This document shows positions 52,511 through 64,000 of a stretch of 64,000 bases of DNA, piece after piece. The stretch's first letter is position 1, and each line of letters begins with the position of its first letter. Below the pieces are notes generated by a model. That model did not search any database, was not told the origin of the DNA, and saw nothing but the letters and a program-made list of their open reading frames with translations. The stretch lies in assembly GCF_001194135.2 (NCBI RefSeq), contig NC_068982.1, positions 33,540,221 through 33,604,220 on the forward strand. Reading direction: 5' to 3'. The DNA comes from Octopus bimaculoides (lineage: Eukaryota). The position numbers and the translations under genes were made by a program.

Positions 52511-53553
52511 GTGAAGAGGGCACTTGGAGACACCACTATGAAAGGTTGCTAAATAAAGAGAATGGGAGAAAGAGAGTCTGCCTCTTGTCGACCCACCAGA
52601 GGGACCAACTATCCGAATTGACAGTACCTTGGTACATAAAGCAATTGAGGATACGAAGACAGGGAAAGCCCTCGCCCATCAGGAATAACCGCTGAGATGC
52701 TTAAAATATCTGGCGGTGTAGGCTAAAGTCTAGTCCCCCGTATAGTTAACCAGGTGATACACAAAGGAGTCATACCCAATGATTGGTATAGCAGCACCAT
52801 AGTCAAATGCTACAGAGGTAAAGGTGACACCTTAGATAGAAATAATTACAGAGGTATCAAATTGTTGGATCAGGTGATGAAAGTCACAAAGAGGGTCATA
52901 AACCAAGTAATTAAGGAGAGCGTTAGTGTAGATGAGATGCAGTTCAGGTTTGTGCCAGGAAGAAGCACCACTGATGTTATATTTCTGGTAAGACAGCTGC
53001 AGGAGAAATTCCTAGCCAAGGCAATGACAAACAACCAAGACACCTTAGGAGATATGCCATGCTTGAGAAGACCTGGCAAGCCAAGTGAGATCGCAGTCGT
53101 GGGCAATGCTAGTTTTACATAACTGGCCTGTTTAAAAGCACCCTTCAATCACTGGCATATGCCGTGCTTGAAGACCTTTTGAACCAGGTGAAATCGTAGT
53201 TGTGGCCAATGCCTGTGCCACCTGACTGGCATCTGTGCCAGTGGCACATAAAAGGTACCATTTGAGCATGGCCAATGCCAGTGCCGCCCAACTGGCTCCT
53301 GTGCCAGTGGTATGTAAAATGCACCCACTGCCCTCTTGGAGTAGTTGGCATTAGGAAGGGCATCCAGCTGTAGAAATTTTGCCAAATCAGATTGGAGCCT
53401 GGTGCAGCCTGGTGCAGCCTGGTGCAGCCTGGTGCAGCCTGGTGCAGCCTGGTGCAGCCTGGTGTAGCCTCCTGGCCTACCAATTCTCAGTCAAACTATC
53501 CATCCCATGCCAGCATAGAAAGCAGACGTTAAACAATGATGATGATGATGATG
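52511..53553 (+). mobile_element. RTE-clade LINE of the same family, 5'-truncated with an internal deletion of the RT core
   Basis: WRHHYERLLNKEN, PNDWYSSTIVKCYRGKGD..DRNNYRGIKLLDQVMKV, DEMQFRFVPGRSTTDVIFLVRQLQEKF, then a jump at about 53020 to the ORF end, 3' UTR and (ATG)n tail. Confidence 0.9.
53396..53470 (+). repeat. 10-bp minisatellite (ggtgcagcct) x about 7.5 in an RTE 3' UTR
   Basis: Directly visible; the related copy near 24500 has only one unit. Confidence 0.95.
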
Positions 53554-53693
53554 TCTTCTTTAGTAATGTCCATAAAGGTATAACACGGGGGTTAGTAGTT
53601 CATACAAACATCTAAAATGAAGCAAATATTGTTTGGGATAGATTGAAAAAATGTAGATAATAAACCGCTCCACAAAATCAGCTTCTGTTTCAT

Positions 53694-53850
53694 TAACCCT
53701 TTTGATACCACTCTGGCCATGACCACGCCTGGTTCTTTGATAGAATTCTCCCATTTTAAAGTGATCTAAATTAAAATCTTCCATTAAAATTTCATATCAA
53801 TTTATTCCAAACACTAGCTGAATAATAGCAAAGGTATTATAAACTAAATA
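53694..53850 (+). mobile_element. Partial second piggyBac-type MITE family
   Basis: TTAA-CCCTTTTGATACC start; no matching right end seen. Confidence 0.4.
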
Positions 53851-53904
53851 CCGACCCTTTCTAATGAATTACAGGCATTCATTTTGTTGAACCCAGAAGA
53901 AATA

Positions 53905-54165
53905 CAGACACAGCTTGACTGAATGGGTAAGAAGTTCACTTTATAATTAACAGATCTGTGGTTCAATCCCACTGCCTGGCATCCAGGACAAGAAGCATTT
54001 ATCAAAACCTCACAAATTAAAATGAGTAAACAGAAACTATGCAGAAGCCTGTCAAATGGATTGTACCTGTAATTTAACCATTTTCATAACAACCTGTCTG
54101 AAACCATTCTAGGTGGTGCCCTAGCATGGCCACAGTCCAAAGACTGAAACAAGTAAAAGATAAAT
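53905..54165 (+). mobile_element. SINE family A, degenerate
   Basis: Head plus 3' ggtggtgccctagcatggccacagtccaaagactgaaacaagtaaaaga. Confidence 0.7.
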
Positions 54166-54462
54166 GATGAAAGATCTCATTAGAATTCCAAGTATCTTAG
54201 AGAGAAATGCATGCAATAATGGTTATGTTTTAGATACTGCATGAACAACTGCCGAAACTAATGTCAATGTGACCACAGTAAGAATATGAATAGCAGAAGT
54301 GATTTCAGAGGAAAATTAACTGAAGAATCATTATCAAGGACAGAGTTAGTTGGGAAAGACAGAAACTGTTGTAATATACATGTAAGTTTTATAATGATGG
54401 TGAGGATGATGGGTAACAATCACTACTGTCATGGTAACAATGGAAATGAAGAGAAGAGGAGG

Positions 54463-54493
<31 letters not shown>

Positions 54494-55614
54494 GAAAAAG
54501 AAAAACTAGTTAAAGCATGTAAAACTAAAAGTATATTAGAAATAATAAAAGAAAAATAAGACAAGAACGAAAGAAAGAACAAAAGAAAAACAAAGAAAGG
54601 AAGAAAGATAGAAAGAATAAAATAAAATAAAGAATGAAAAGAAAGAAAAGGAAAGAAAGAAAAGGAAAGAAAGAAAGAAAGAAAACAAGGTTATAAAATC
54701 CAATGCTAACAAGAAGAAGAAAAAAATTACATGAAATATTTTGGAAGCATTTATAGAAAGTGAAATATATCTTAATATTTCTTTGCTGTCTAGATCTTGT
54801 GTGGCATTAACTTAATTTTAAGTAAGAATATATTTATATGCTTAACCTTTGTCTAAAATATAATTTGTGAGATAACCCACCTGCCCCACCACTACTCCCA
54901 AAGAAACATACAAGTCTGACAATTGAAATGCCAGGATATTAACTTTGTTGGGTTGCATCAAGATCTGGTGCCATCAGAAACACTCAATGATTAGCTAATG
55001 TATCACTTACCCAAACAGTTTATATATCAGCTGATATCTGGATATATTCATAAATCCATTTGATTGTGTACCTCAGCTGCTAAGGACAAGGAAGCCATTT
55101 TTGATTGGTGACAACATCATTTTCTTCATGATGGCATCAAGGTAAAGATATTTTCATCAAAATAGATCTGAACTTAGAGTTCAGAAATGTTTCAGCTATC
55201 TTTAGATTTGTTTACATTAAAGTACATGTGTGTGTATTTACACATACAGGTGAGTACATAAGTGCAAAACAAGGTGGTAAAAATAGTACTCGAATACCAA
55301 AGGCAGAGCAATTTGCTTTTATTAAAGCTGCAAAGCAAAATCATCACAAAACTCAGAGTTTCATGTTCCAGTTCATTAGACAGTTGTGATGAAAATGGCT
55401 GCCATGTAAACAATGTCATTTTTCTCATGCGATATAGTGGTGTGGCAAAATTTGACTTGTGCATATTAATTTCCATTATGTTCTTAATATTGTATCAAAA
55501 TTGCATGCATTTATTTGTAAAGTTAAGGAAATTATTAAAAATTGAAACCCATCAGTGACTTTTGGGACACTCTGTATATAAACAGACAGACAGACAGACA
55601 GACAGACAAATCCC

Positions 55615-55810
55615 AGCTGCATGGCTTTGGGTTCAGATTGTAATCTTCCCTGAAAACATGTCCAGCCATGAAGAAAAATTACCTCACTTGGAAACAAGTG
55701 AGGTTTGACAACAGGAAGAGCATCCAGCCTGAAAAGATGTGCCTCAATGGATTCCATGCAACCCATGTAAGTATGGAAAAGTAGGCATTGAAATGATGAA
55801 TGATGATGAT
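55615..55810 (+). mobile_element. SINE with RTE-like tail, same family as 51965-52200
   Basis: cacttggaaacaagtgagg...aggaagagcatccagcc...aaatgatgaatgatgatg. Confidence 0.65.
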
Positions 55811-56090
55811 GAATCGACTGAAATACATGCCACAAACTAAAAATTATACACCATAACTAAAATGTGTATAAAACTGGTGTTAATTATAAAGTGTGTTGAT
55901 GAGTATGGAAATAAACAATATGTAAAGTTGTCAACTTACGGACAGTGTCTTCATGTACATTAGTAGTTGCTATGGAAATTGCTCCATTTCTGTTTCTATG
56001 AACAACAACACCATCGCGCTCAAATTTCATACTCTCAGACTTCATCAAAGTTCTGGTATTTCTAAATAAAAATAAATAAATAGACAACAA

Positions 56091-56091
56091 C

Positions 56092-56159
<68 letters not shown>
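56091..56159. repeat. (TAA)n microsatellite; also (TTA)n at about 62839-62889 and (TC)n at about 63325-63413
   Basis: Direct inspection. Confidence 0.95.
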
Positions 56160-56160
<1 letters not shown>

Positions 56161-56452
56161 GAGAAAGAAGAAAAAACTGAACAACTACAATGATTTGAAG
56201 GTTGTGGTCAATGAGAAGAGTATACCAACAGTAATCGGCACACTTGGAAGTATCAGCACTCAACTACCAACATGACTCAAAAAGACTGGTACAAATATAA
56301 AGGTAGAACACCTATGGAAATCAGCATTGCTTGGAACTGCAAGAATTTTTCATGGGGTTCTCAAAACAAGTGCACTTTAGACTGCCTGCTATGGACAGCT
56401 GACACTTTCTGTCACACCCAGCAAAATAAGCTGAGAGTTTCCATCAAATAAT
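56161..56452 (+). mobile_element. R4/Dong-like non-LTR 3' fragment between (TAA)n tracts
   Basis: EKEEK.LNNYNDLK and IPTVIGTLGSI...LWKSALLGTARIFHGVL, followed by a 3' UTR and ataataataat. Confidence 0.75.
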
Positions 56453-56454
56453 AA

Positions 56455-56660
56455 TAATGGCTTCAAATTTTGGCCAGAATTTCAGAGAAGGGGTAAGTCG
56501 ATTACATCAACTTCAGTGTTCAACTGTAACTTATTTTATTGATCTTGAAAAGATGAAAGACAAAATCGACCTCAACAGAATTTGAATTCAAGACATAAAG
56601 ACAGATGAGATGCTGCTAAGAATTATGCCTGGTATGCTAACAACTCTGCCAGCTTACTGA
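56455..56660 (-). mobile_element. SINE family B inserted between Dong-like fragments
   Basis: gtcgattacatcaac...gaaaagatgaaagacaaaatcgacctc...tctgccagc. Confidence 0.8.
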
Positions 56661-56669
56661 CTTAATAAT

Positions 56670-57095
56670 AAGGTAAAAATATCACTATCCTCTGGGATTT
56701 TCCAGTCAACACTGACAGAACAATCCAGGCTAATCGACCAAACATAATTATTAAAGACAGGGAAGAAAATACTTATAGACTACTAGATGTTAAGTGTTCC
56801 CACTGATAAAAATACATCTGTAAAGGAATTTGACAAAGATAACATCCCAGGAGAACCATGTCTCAGAGAAATCCAAAAGATTGTGCTGACAAGTACTGTC
56901 CACATCCTTAGAAAAACCCTATCAATTTAAATGTCTGGGTTGTATCACATAGAGATATTTCACTACTGCCCTTGTCACTTACCCTCCCCAAGCTTTTAGT
57001 TATACTGTAACATCTATTATCCTTCATTTGCCCTGGGGTGCTGAGTGTTTCAGCAAGTGATTGCGACAAACATGTAGATTAAAAGTAAATAACAA
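56670..57095 (+). mobile_element. R4/Dong-like endonuclease fragment with an internal deletion
   Basis: ITILWDFPVNTDRTIQANRPNIIIKDREENTYRLLDV/SVPTDKNTSVKEFDK joined to DNIPGEPCLREIQKIVLTSTVHILRKTLSI*. Confidence 0.8.
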
Positions 57096-57099
57096 CAAT

Positions 57100-57370
57100 A
57101 ATCATTCTCATAGATACTGCCCACATCCTAAGAAAACACTGTCAACCCAAAAATATCTGAATTTTTTTTAATTCTTTCAAAATCACAAATATTCCAACGA
57201 ATTTTTAACAAAACCTTAATTTTTTCAGTATTCGGTCTCCTTTATCGGAAATATATCATTGATATTCATAGATAACCTCCAAAGTTAAACATCCACCTTG
57301 CTGTTACTTGAGGTCTATGGGTGAGACTTTGAACTGCTTGTATAAAACAAAGCAACAACAACAACAACAG
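57100..57370 (+). mobile_element. Third R4/Dong-like 3' end with (CAA)n tail
   Basis: ILIDTAHILRK motif followed by a UTR ending gaggtctatgggtgagactt...caacaacaac. Confidence 0.55.
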
Positions 57371-58195
57371 ATGATGATGAAGACACACACACACACACAC
57401 ACAGCAACAGCACTCTTAAGTAAATATTTTCAGGAAACAAGATAGTATCAGAAAGTTCTGGGACCAGGTTTAAAAGGAAAATACACCATTCCTTCATATA
57501 TTATTTACATTTGGGCATGTTACTCCTGATCAAGTAGGCCTACAATCAAAATATTCTCCAACAATACATCTTGCTTTTGTAAGGCATGATATATCTAGGG
57601 TTACATTAGTTAATGTGTCCATTCTTTCTTTGAGATGAAGAAAATATGATCTAAGTGAGAAATTTAGCTACTATTTTTAACAGGTTACCTGATCTCATAG
57701 AAACTGCATATTTTTTTTTGTTAAGGAAGATTTACAAGAAAATGTATAGTGTAGTATTTTACAAGACATTTTACTCTGAATTGATTAAAAAACAAGCTAA
57801 TATGAAAACAAGCCAGCAACTGCTAAAACTATAATCTACATAACTTTTATTTATATATTACTTGGATGGTACATATCCATATATTAAATTCCTAACTAGA
57901 TCTACTGTTACATACTGTAGCCTAAGGTGTTGTATGATAGCAAAAAAAACATACTCATAAAAATTTAGTGCAATTTTGCATCATGTAACATTGAGCAGGC
58001 CAATAGAGATAGACCAAAATGTAATAAAACCAGACAAATTTATTTTTAATTTTCATATCATATATATGTTGCCTCTAAGGAAGTTATGTAATGAAAAATC
58101 CCAATGGTTTTTGTTTTCTCATTGGTTTCAGTCATTGGACATTGGCCAATGCTGTGGTACCAACTTCAAGGGTTCTTAGTTGATCATACTGAAGC

Positions 58196-58234
<39 letters not shown>

Positions 58235-59566
58235 TCTGATATTCTTATCAATTTCATTTAGCTGAATGATTGAGTTATGCTCTGACCATAAAGGGATGCA
58301 TAACATGGACACAAATGCAAGCAAACAGGTCTATATATGTGATTAAGAAGTTTCTTTCTCAAACATGTAGTTAAAGGTTCAATCCTACTGTGCTGCAGCC
58401 TGGGCACATCATCTCTTACTTGAGCTGCAAGCTGGCAAATCTTTTGTCTGAGAATTTTGGAGGCAAAAACAGTATGAAGACTGTTGAACGTGTGTGTGTG
58501 TGTGTGTGTCTGTCTGTCTGTGTGTGTGTGCACATGCAAGCACGCACACATGTGCACACACGCATGTATGTGTGCATGAGTGTGTGTTTATCTATGTAAA
58601 TGTTTACAATCTACCCTGAGCTACAATCACAAAAAACATCAATTTCCCCACCCAAATTTGCACCAGAAAACTGAAGCAATACAATATTTGAAAAGAGATG
58701 AAAAATCAAAACACTATAATTAGAATAAAATTTAATCAATAATTAATCATCATATGCAGAGTGAACAGCAAGAATGAAAGCAATAATTTGCATATTTATT
58801 CTTCATATGTTCTAGCAGATTTGAACTTGAGTATGCTAATCACTGCTGTTTCATCACAGGAGAACAACTTCTTTATGATGAATGTGTTCATAACACTGTG
58901 ACTCCCAGTGTTTCAACATAATTGTGTCTTATCAGGACTACTGAATCTAAGTGGAGTTCATGGCTTTTGTTTATAACACCAGCAAACTAATTAAGGTATT
59001 AATTCAAACTTCATTTAGTTTCAGTGTGATCAAAATTAATATTTCTTTTGTATTACATATAAGCTCCTTTTTCTAAATTTATAAATTTCATAAATATTTA
59101 ATGTGGAGTAGCACTGAATCTCCTCTTACTCTCCTCCCTATTACTGACTTTCTCTCACTAATCCCTAATGCTACTCTTTCCCTCTCCCTTCTATTTCTCC
59201 TTCTCTCACAATGCCTCTCAGTCTCTCTACTAACAGCTTCTCAGCAAACTAAACCTGTTCTTCCCATCATATGTTAACTTTTCAATATCTCACAGATGAA
59301 CCCAATACACTGTAACGTGGTTGGTAAAACATGCAGAGATAATACTGGACTGAGAAGAGAACCTTTATAGTGCAGGTACAGTACAAAAACAGAAATGTAC
59401 CCAGTACAACCTGTTAAATGATTTCTACTATGAAGGACATTCATGCCAAAACTGAGACATTGGAGCAACACATGGTTCACCCAACTTATTGGATACTGTC
59501 AAATCAACCAATACATGTCAACAAGGAAAGTAAAGATAAAATGATGATGATAATGATGATGATTAC

Positions 59567-59788
59567 ACCTTTAGCATTTAAACTAGCCATATCCAACCCA
59601 AAATATTTTGCCTGTTATGTTCAAAGTGGCCAGATCTGACCGCTTACACCTATCCTACAATGTCATTATAAAAATAAACAGTCAATCATCAAAATTTCAG
59701 AGCTATATGATAATGCAGGATTAATTCGAAACAATATGAATGAATAAATAAGCATTACATTTGACAAAATAATCTGAATATTAAAGGG
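59567..59788 (+). mobile_element. Same piggyBac-type MITE
   Basis: cctttagcatttaaac ... aatctgaatattaaaggg; interior is similar to 6233-6452. Confidence 0.75.
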
Positions 59789-59849
59789 TCAAGTTAGGTT
59801 TCATAAATGGATCAAATTAAACATGTATTATTTTATTCATTTGAACAAA

Positions 59850-60300
59850 CAATATTAATGCAAATGCATCTGTCCGCCATAGCATCAGTACAGATACAGC
59901 CTTTTACATTCTGAGTTCAAATCCCACCAAGAGCATCTTTGACTGGTGCTTAGTTTGTTGCACCTCTGATTCCCAGAAGAATGAAAGGCAAATACTGAGA
60001 TCAATATACTCCACTAGCCCCTCTTTCCAAATTTCTGGCCCTGGGCCTCTGTAAGAAAATGAAGGAAGTTGGATCGGCAGAACTGTTAAAGAATCAGTCG
60101 AAATGCTTTGTATTAAGTTATGGCCCCTTATTTTCTAAGTTCAAATACCACGAAAGTCAATTTTCCTTTCATGCTTTGTAGGTCAATAGTATGAAATACT
60201 AGTCAAGTACTGGGACTGGTACAATCAACTGGTACAATCAACTGCTACACTCCTTACAAATATATGGTCCTGTAGCTTATGCTAGTAATTATTGTTGTTG
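59850..60300 (+). mobile_element. Two tandem degenerate family B SINEs
   Basis: ctgagttcaaatcc at about 59912 and ctaagttcaaatacc at about 60135, each followed by family B 3' motifs. Confidence 0.6.
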
Positions 60301-60303
60301 TTA

Positions 60304-60366
60304 CGTCCAACCCATGCTAGCATGGAAAGCGGACGTTAAACGACGATGATGATGATGATGATGATG
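60304..60366 (+). mobile_element. Very short, CpG-intact RTE 3' tip
   Basis: gtccaacccatgctagcatggaaagcggacgttaaacgacgatgatgatg. Confidence 0.75.
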
Positions 60367-61574
60367 TTATTGATAATGAACAAGCAGCTGCAGCAAGGAT
60401 CCAGAGAAGAATTTGATTCTGAGGCCACATGATAAGATTGTTTCTTTTTTCTGTTTGTTTTCTTTTCATCAACAAAGGGATTTAAGATATTTAAATATGC
60501 ACTCCATTCCTCTGGAGAGGGGAAAATAAGGTTTGTTTTTGAGACATATTTTTATATTTTTGCCAGACATTGTTTTGTAGTAATTCAATACAGTTTCTCC
60601 TTGGAAAGTGGGATGAGAATGCCAGCCACAAATGTAATAGCAACAGAAATGTACCCAAAGAAAATTTTAGAAACAGACAATTTTTTTTTTTTAAACCAGC
60701 AGACAGAAAGGAAAATGATGACAACTGAACAAGCAGACACAAGTAAGAATACAGACATTTTCATTTCGATAAATACAAATAGAAGGAAAAAAAAATGCTG
60801 ACAGCTAAAACTATAACAAAACTAACAACAGTTTTGCTGGTGTTGTGAGCTAGAAAAAGAAAATGGACATGGGTCAACTGCAGCAAAAGAAAAATGTAGG
60901 AGAAGTATGTCACAAAAACAGTGCTTCTTTGACAGGACAATTTAAGAAGCAAGGACAAAAGGAAAAGTGATGTATCTTTTGTTTTTTCTAAAAACATAGT
61001 GAGTTTACCCTCAAAGTTGTTGGAAGAAACCCTGACCGATGTATGGCACAATGTATACTCCATCAAGTGAGGTTGAGTGTATTTGTATATATAGTATATA
61101 TATATATATTGTTGTTATTAGTTAATGTTTTGAGAAGAAAAGTGTATGGCTAGTGCTGTAGTATATGAGGGGAGGAAACTCACAGACCACAACCAGAGAT
61201 ATTGGTATGCATTTGCAGTATATATATAGTATGGCAAGGTAGTGAGCATGGAAGTAACAACACACATGCTGTAGGGTAAGGTTTACATGGATATTCAGCA
61301 TATGGTGGGCCTCAAATATCACAAGGTTACCTAAGAGTTATACTACACAGCAGGAGCAATGAGAAAGGCAATCAGATAAATGGGATAAAGCAGAAAGCCT
61401 AGCTACTACACATGTAGGAGCAAGAACCACTTGAAAGCTGTCTGTTGGAGGAGGATGAAAAAGGATGGAAGGCAACAACAACTGTAAATTCCAGAAGCTG
61501 CTATTCCTAGAGCAATAATATGGCCTTTGTGGCAAATAAGCAAGACAATCATTGTTATTAATAACAGCAGGGTT

Positions 61575-62838
61575 TGAACTTTTTGTGTTGAGTTCAAATC
61601 CTGCCTTTTATCCTTCAGGAGTAGATAAAATAAATTACCAGTCAAGTATGGGGTTGACAAATGCCAACTCCTCAAAACCACTGGCCTTGTGCCTAAATTA
61701 GAAATCATTATAATAATTTACAATAATTGTTAGAGCTTTGGACAAAATGCCTGACAGTTTTTCTTCTGACTCATTATAGTCTAAGTTTAAATTCCTCCAG
61801 GGTCAACTTCGCTTTTCATCTCTCCAAAATTGATACAATAAATTTCCAATCAAATAAAATACCAATCAAATATTGGGGGTTGATGTAATAGACTTACCCA
61901 CTTCCCTCAAAATTGTCGGTCTTCTTGCCAAAATTAGATATTATTAGTGTTACTATTATTAAAGGCAGCAAGCTAGTAGACTTGTTAGCATGCTGGGCAA
62001 AATGCCTAGTGGTTTTCTGTCCATCACTATGCTCTGAGTTCAAATTCTGCCAAGGTCAACTTTGTCTTTCATCCTTTCAAGGTCAATAAATTAAGCACCA
62101 GTGAAACAGTGGGGTCAACGTAATCAATTAGACCCTTCCCCATAAAATTTGAGGTCTTCTGCCTCCAGTACAACGGATTATTATTATTATTATTATTATT
62201 ATTTGTGCCAGATTTTGAAATCATTATTATTGTTATTTTTATTATCTACCCAACTCCCCTGAAATTGCTGGCCTTGTGCCAGATTTTGAAATCATTATTA
62301 TCATTATTATTATTATTCAGGCAGTGGGTTGACAGAATTGTTAGCACGGCAAGCAAAATACTTAATGATATTTTGTCCGTCTTTACATTGTGAGTTCAAA
62401 TTTTGCCAAGGTCAATTTTGCCAAGGTCAATTTTGCCTTTCATCCTTTTGGGGGTAGATAAAACAAGTACCAGTTGAATACTGAGGTCAAAGTAATTAAC
62501 TTACCCCCTCCCTCAAACTTGCTGACTTTGTGCCAACACTTGAAATCATCATCATTATTGTTATTACTAGCTGTCCCCCCCCCCCGTACAATCAAGAACG
62601 ACAGCTAATTGTAGTGTTTTATAAATAAATATGGATGGTAAATCAAATTAATAGACTTGTCAATGTTATCTAGAGGTTATCTTTACACACACACATACAC
62701 ACACACACACACAAGCATTCACATTTCCCTTTCACATACACACACATATACTCACACAGAGTTGAAACGCTCTCACTACCAGTTTGCCATCACCCTTTCG
62801 TTTCTTATTCATATGTTGCGCGAGTATTGTTATAGTAG

Positions 62839-62889
<51 letters not shown>

Positions 62890-63300
62890 GCTACATTCTA
62901 AGTTCAAATTCTGCCATGGTTGACTTTGCCTTTCATTCTTTCAAGGTCAATAAATTAAGTACCAGTGAAACACTGGAGTCAATGTAATTAACTAGTCCCC
63001 TCCCTGCAAATTTCAGGCCTTGTGCCTTTAGCAGAAAGAATGATTATTATTATTATTATTATTATTATCATTATCATCATCATTAAGGTAACAAACTGGC
63101 AGAATCATTAACATGTTGGAGAAAATGTAGATCAGCATTTCTTTAGATTCTGAGTTCAAATCCTGCCGAGATCAACTTTGCCTATCATCCTTTCAGCCTC
63201 GATAAAATGAGTACCAACTGAGCAGGGGGAGGGGGGCAACTTACCCCCTCTCCTAAATGTGCTGGCCTTATATCAACATAAGAACTACTACTACTACTAC
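61575..63300 (+). mobile_element. Head-to-tail array of at least six family B SINEs separated by (TTA)n/(TCA)n tails
   Basis: gagttcaaat..tgcc..ggtcaactttgcctttcatcctt...ggccttgtgcc unit recurs near 61590, 61790, 62035, 62390, 62900 and 63150. Confidence 0.85.
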
Positions 63301-63324
63301 TATTTATATCTCTATATATCACTC

Positions 63325-63417
<93 letters not shown>

Positions 63418-64000
63418 TTGTTTACTTGGCGATATATGTATCTTTCAGGGTAAGAATTTTGCTGCTTTTTGAGAGTTGGCAAATTTGATGATCCAACAAA
63501 ACACAGGCCGGTCCTGCAAGTCCCAAGGGTTCTGGATTAGCAGAACAATGCTGTAATTTGAACAGGTTATGTTTGAGATGAGGGGGAATATCAACTGGGA
63601 GTGTAGGAACAGAGAAGTGTGAAATCACAAACATACAACCATACACACAAATAAAAACTCAGAGAGAGACAGACAGACAAACAAACAGACAGTCAGCTAG
63701 GGACAGACAGACACATAAACAGAGAGTGAAGGAGTGAGAGAGGGTGAGAAAGAGATTCTAGAACCTTCAGTAATGTTACATGATGCAAAAATATGCTTCA
63801 TTTTACAAGAGGGTTATACAATCTCTCAAATAGGCTCTCAAGGAATCATTTCTCAAAAGAAAGACTAATAAGTCAGCTATTTTTGCAAGCTGGCCATTGA
63901 TGAGACACCCTAGCAAATGAATCAAGCAAGTTGAACAAGCTGGTTTCCCATGCCACTTAACAGAATGAAAGATTTCTAAAGAGTCTGTCCTAAATACTGT

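Noticed and set aside
55011-55200. Strong minus-strand donor TGG|GTAAGT at 55010
   Set aside because: All three frames hit stops shortly upstream; could be a UTR exon or chance.
61009-61063. Possible first coding exon MEYTLCHTSVRVSSNNFE, phase 1, minus strand
   Set aside because: Frame-compatible, but the donor GTAAAC is weak and there is no promoter-like or acceptor evidence.
61575-63300. Regularly recurring repeats superficially like a CRISPR array
   Set aside because: Units are 150-250-bp tRNA-derived SINEs with microsatellite tails in eukaryotic DNA; no constant spacer length and no cas genes.

Overview
Eukaryotic, very AT-rich, microsatellite-dense draft sequence with 8 N-gaps. The SINE/LINE repertoire points to a coleoid cephalopod, probably Octopus (inference). 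The window is mostly intron of one large minus-strand gene that I cannot name. Two exons are well supported: a 96-nt exon (50133-50228) and a 2,328-nt exon (44249-46576) encoding an acidic, Ser/Thr/Pro-rich, Trp-free disordered region. Both are phase 1-1 and join in frame. The rest is repeats: tRNA-derived SINEs, RTE LINEs, R4/Dong-like and HERO-like endonuclease fragments, a decayed Penelope-like element, piggyBac- and mariner-type MITEs and a Helentron-type element. Best leads: (1) the giant exon starts with GTAAGA, so splicing to the upstream exon regenerates that exon's own donor, a possible recursive-splicing switch; (2) a CpG-retaining intronic island ending in ATG-TTC-CTT-GAA-G|GTAAGA, a probable internal first exon; (3) a C4HC3 PHD finger inside the RT domain of two RTE copies; (4) a perfect 137-bp inverted repeat; (5) (TAA)n tracts hosting Dong-like fragments and head-to-tail SINE arrays. 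No CRISPR, rRNA or genuine tRNA gene seen. All repeat boundaries are approximate and family names come from motif recognition, not a database search. I found no clearly new biological system; the leads are testable hypotheses.
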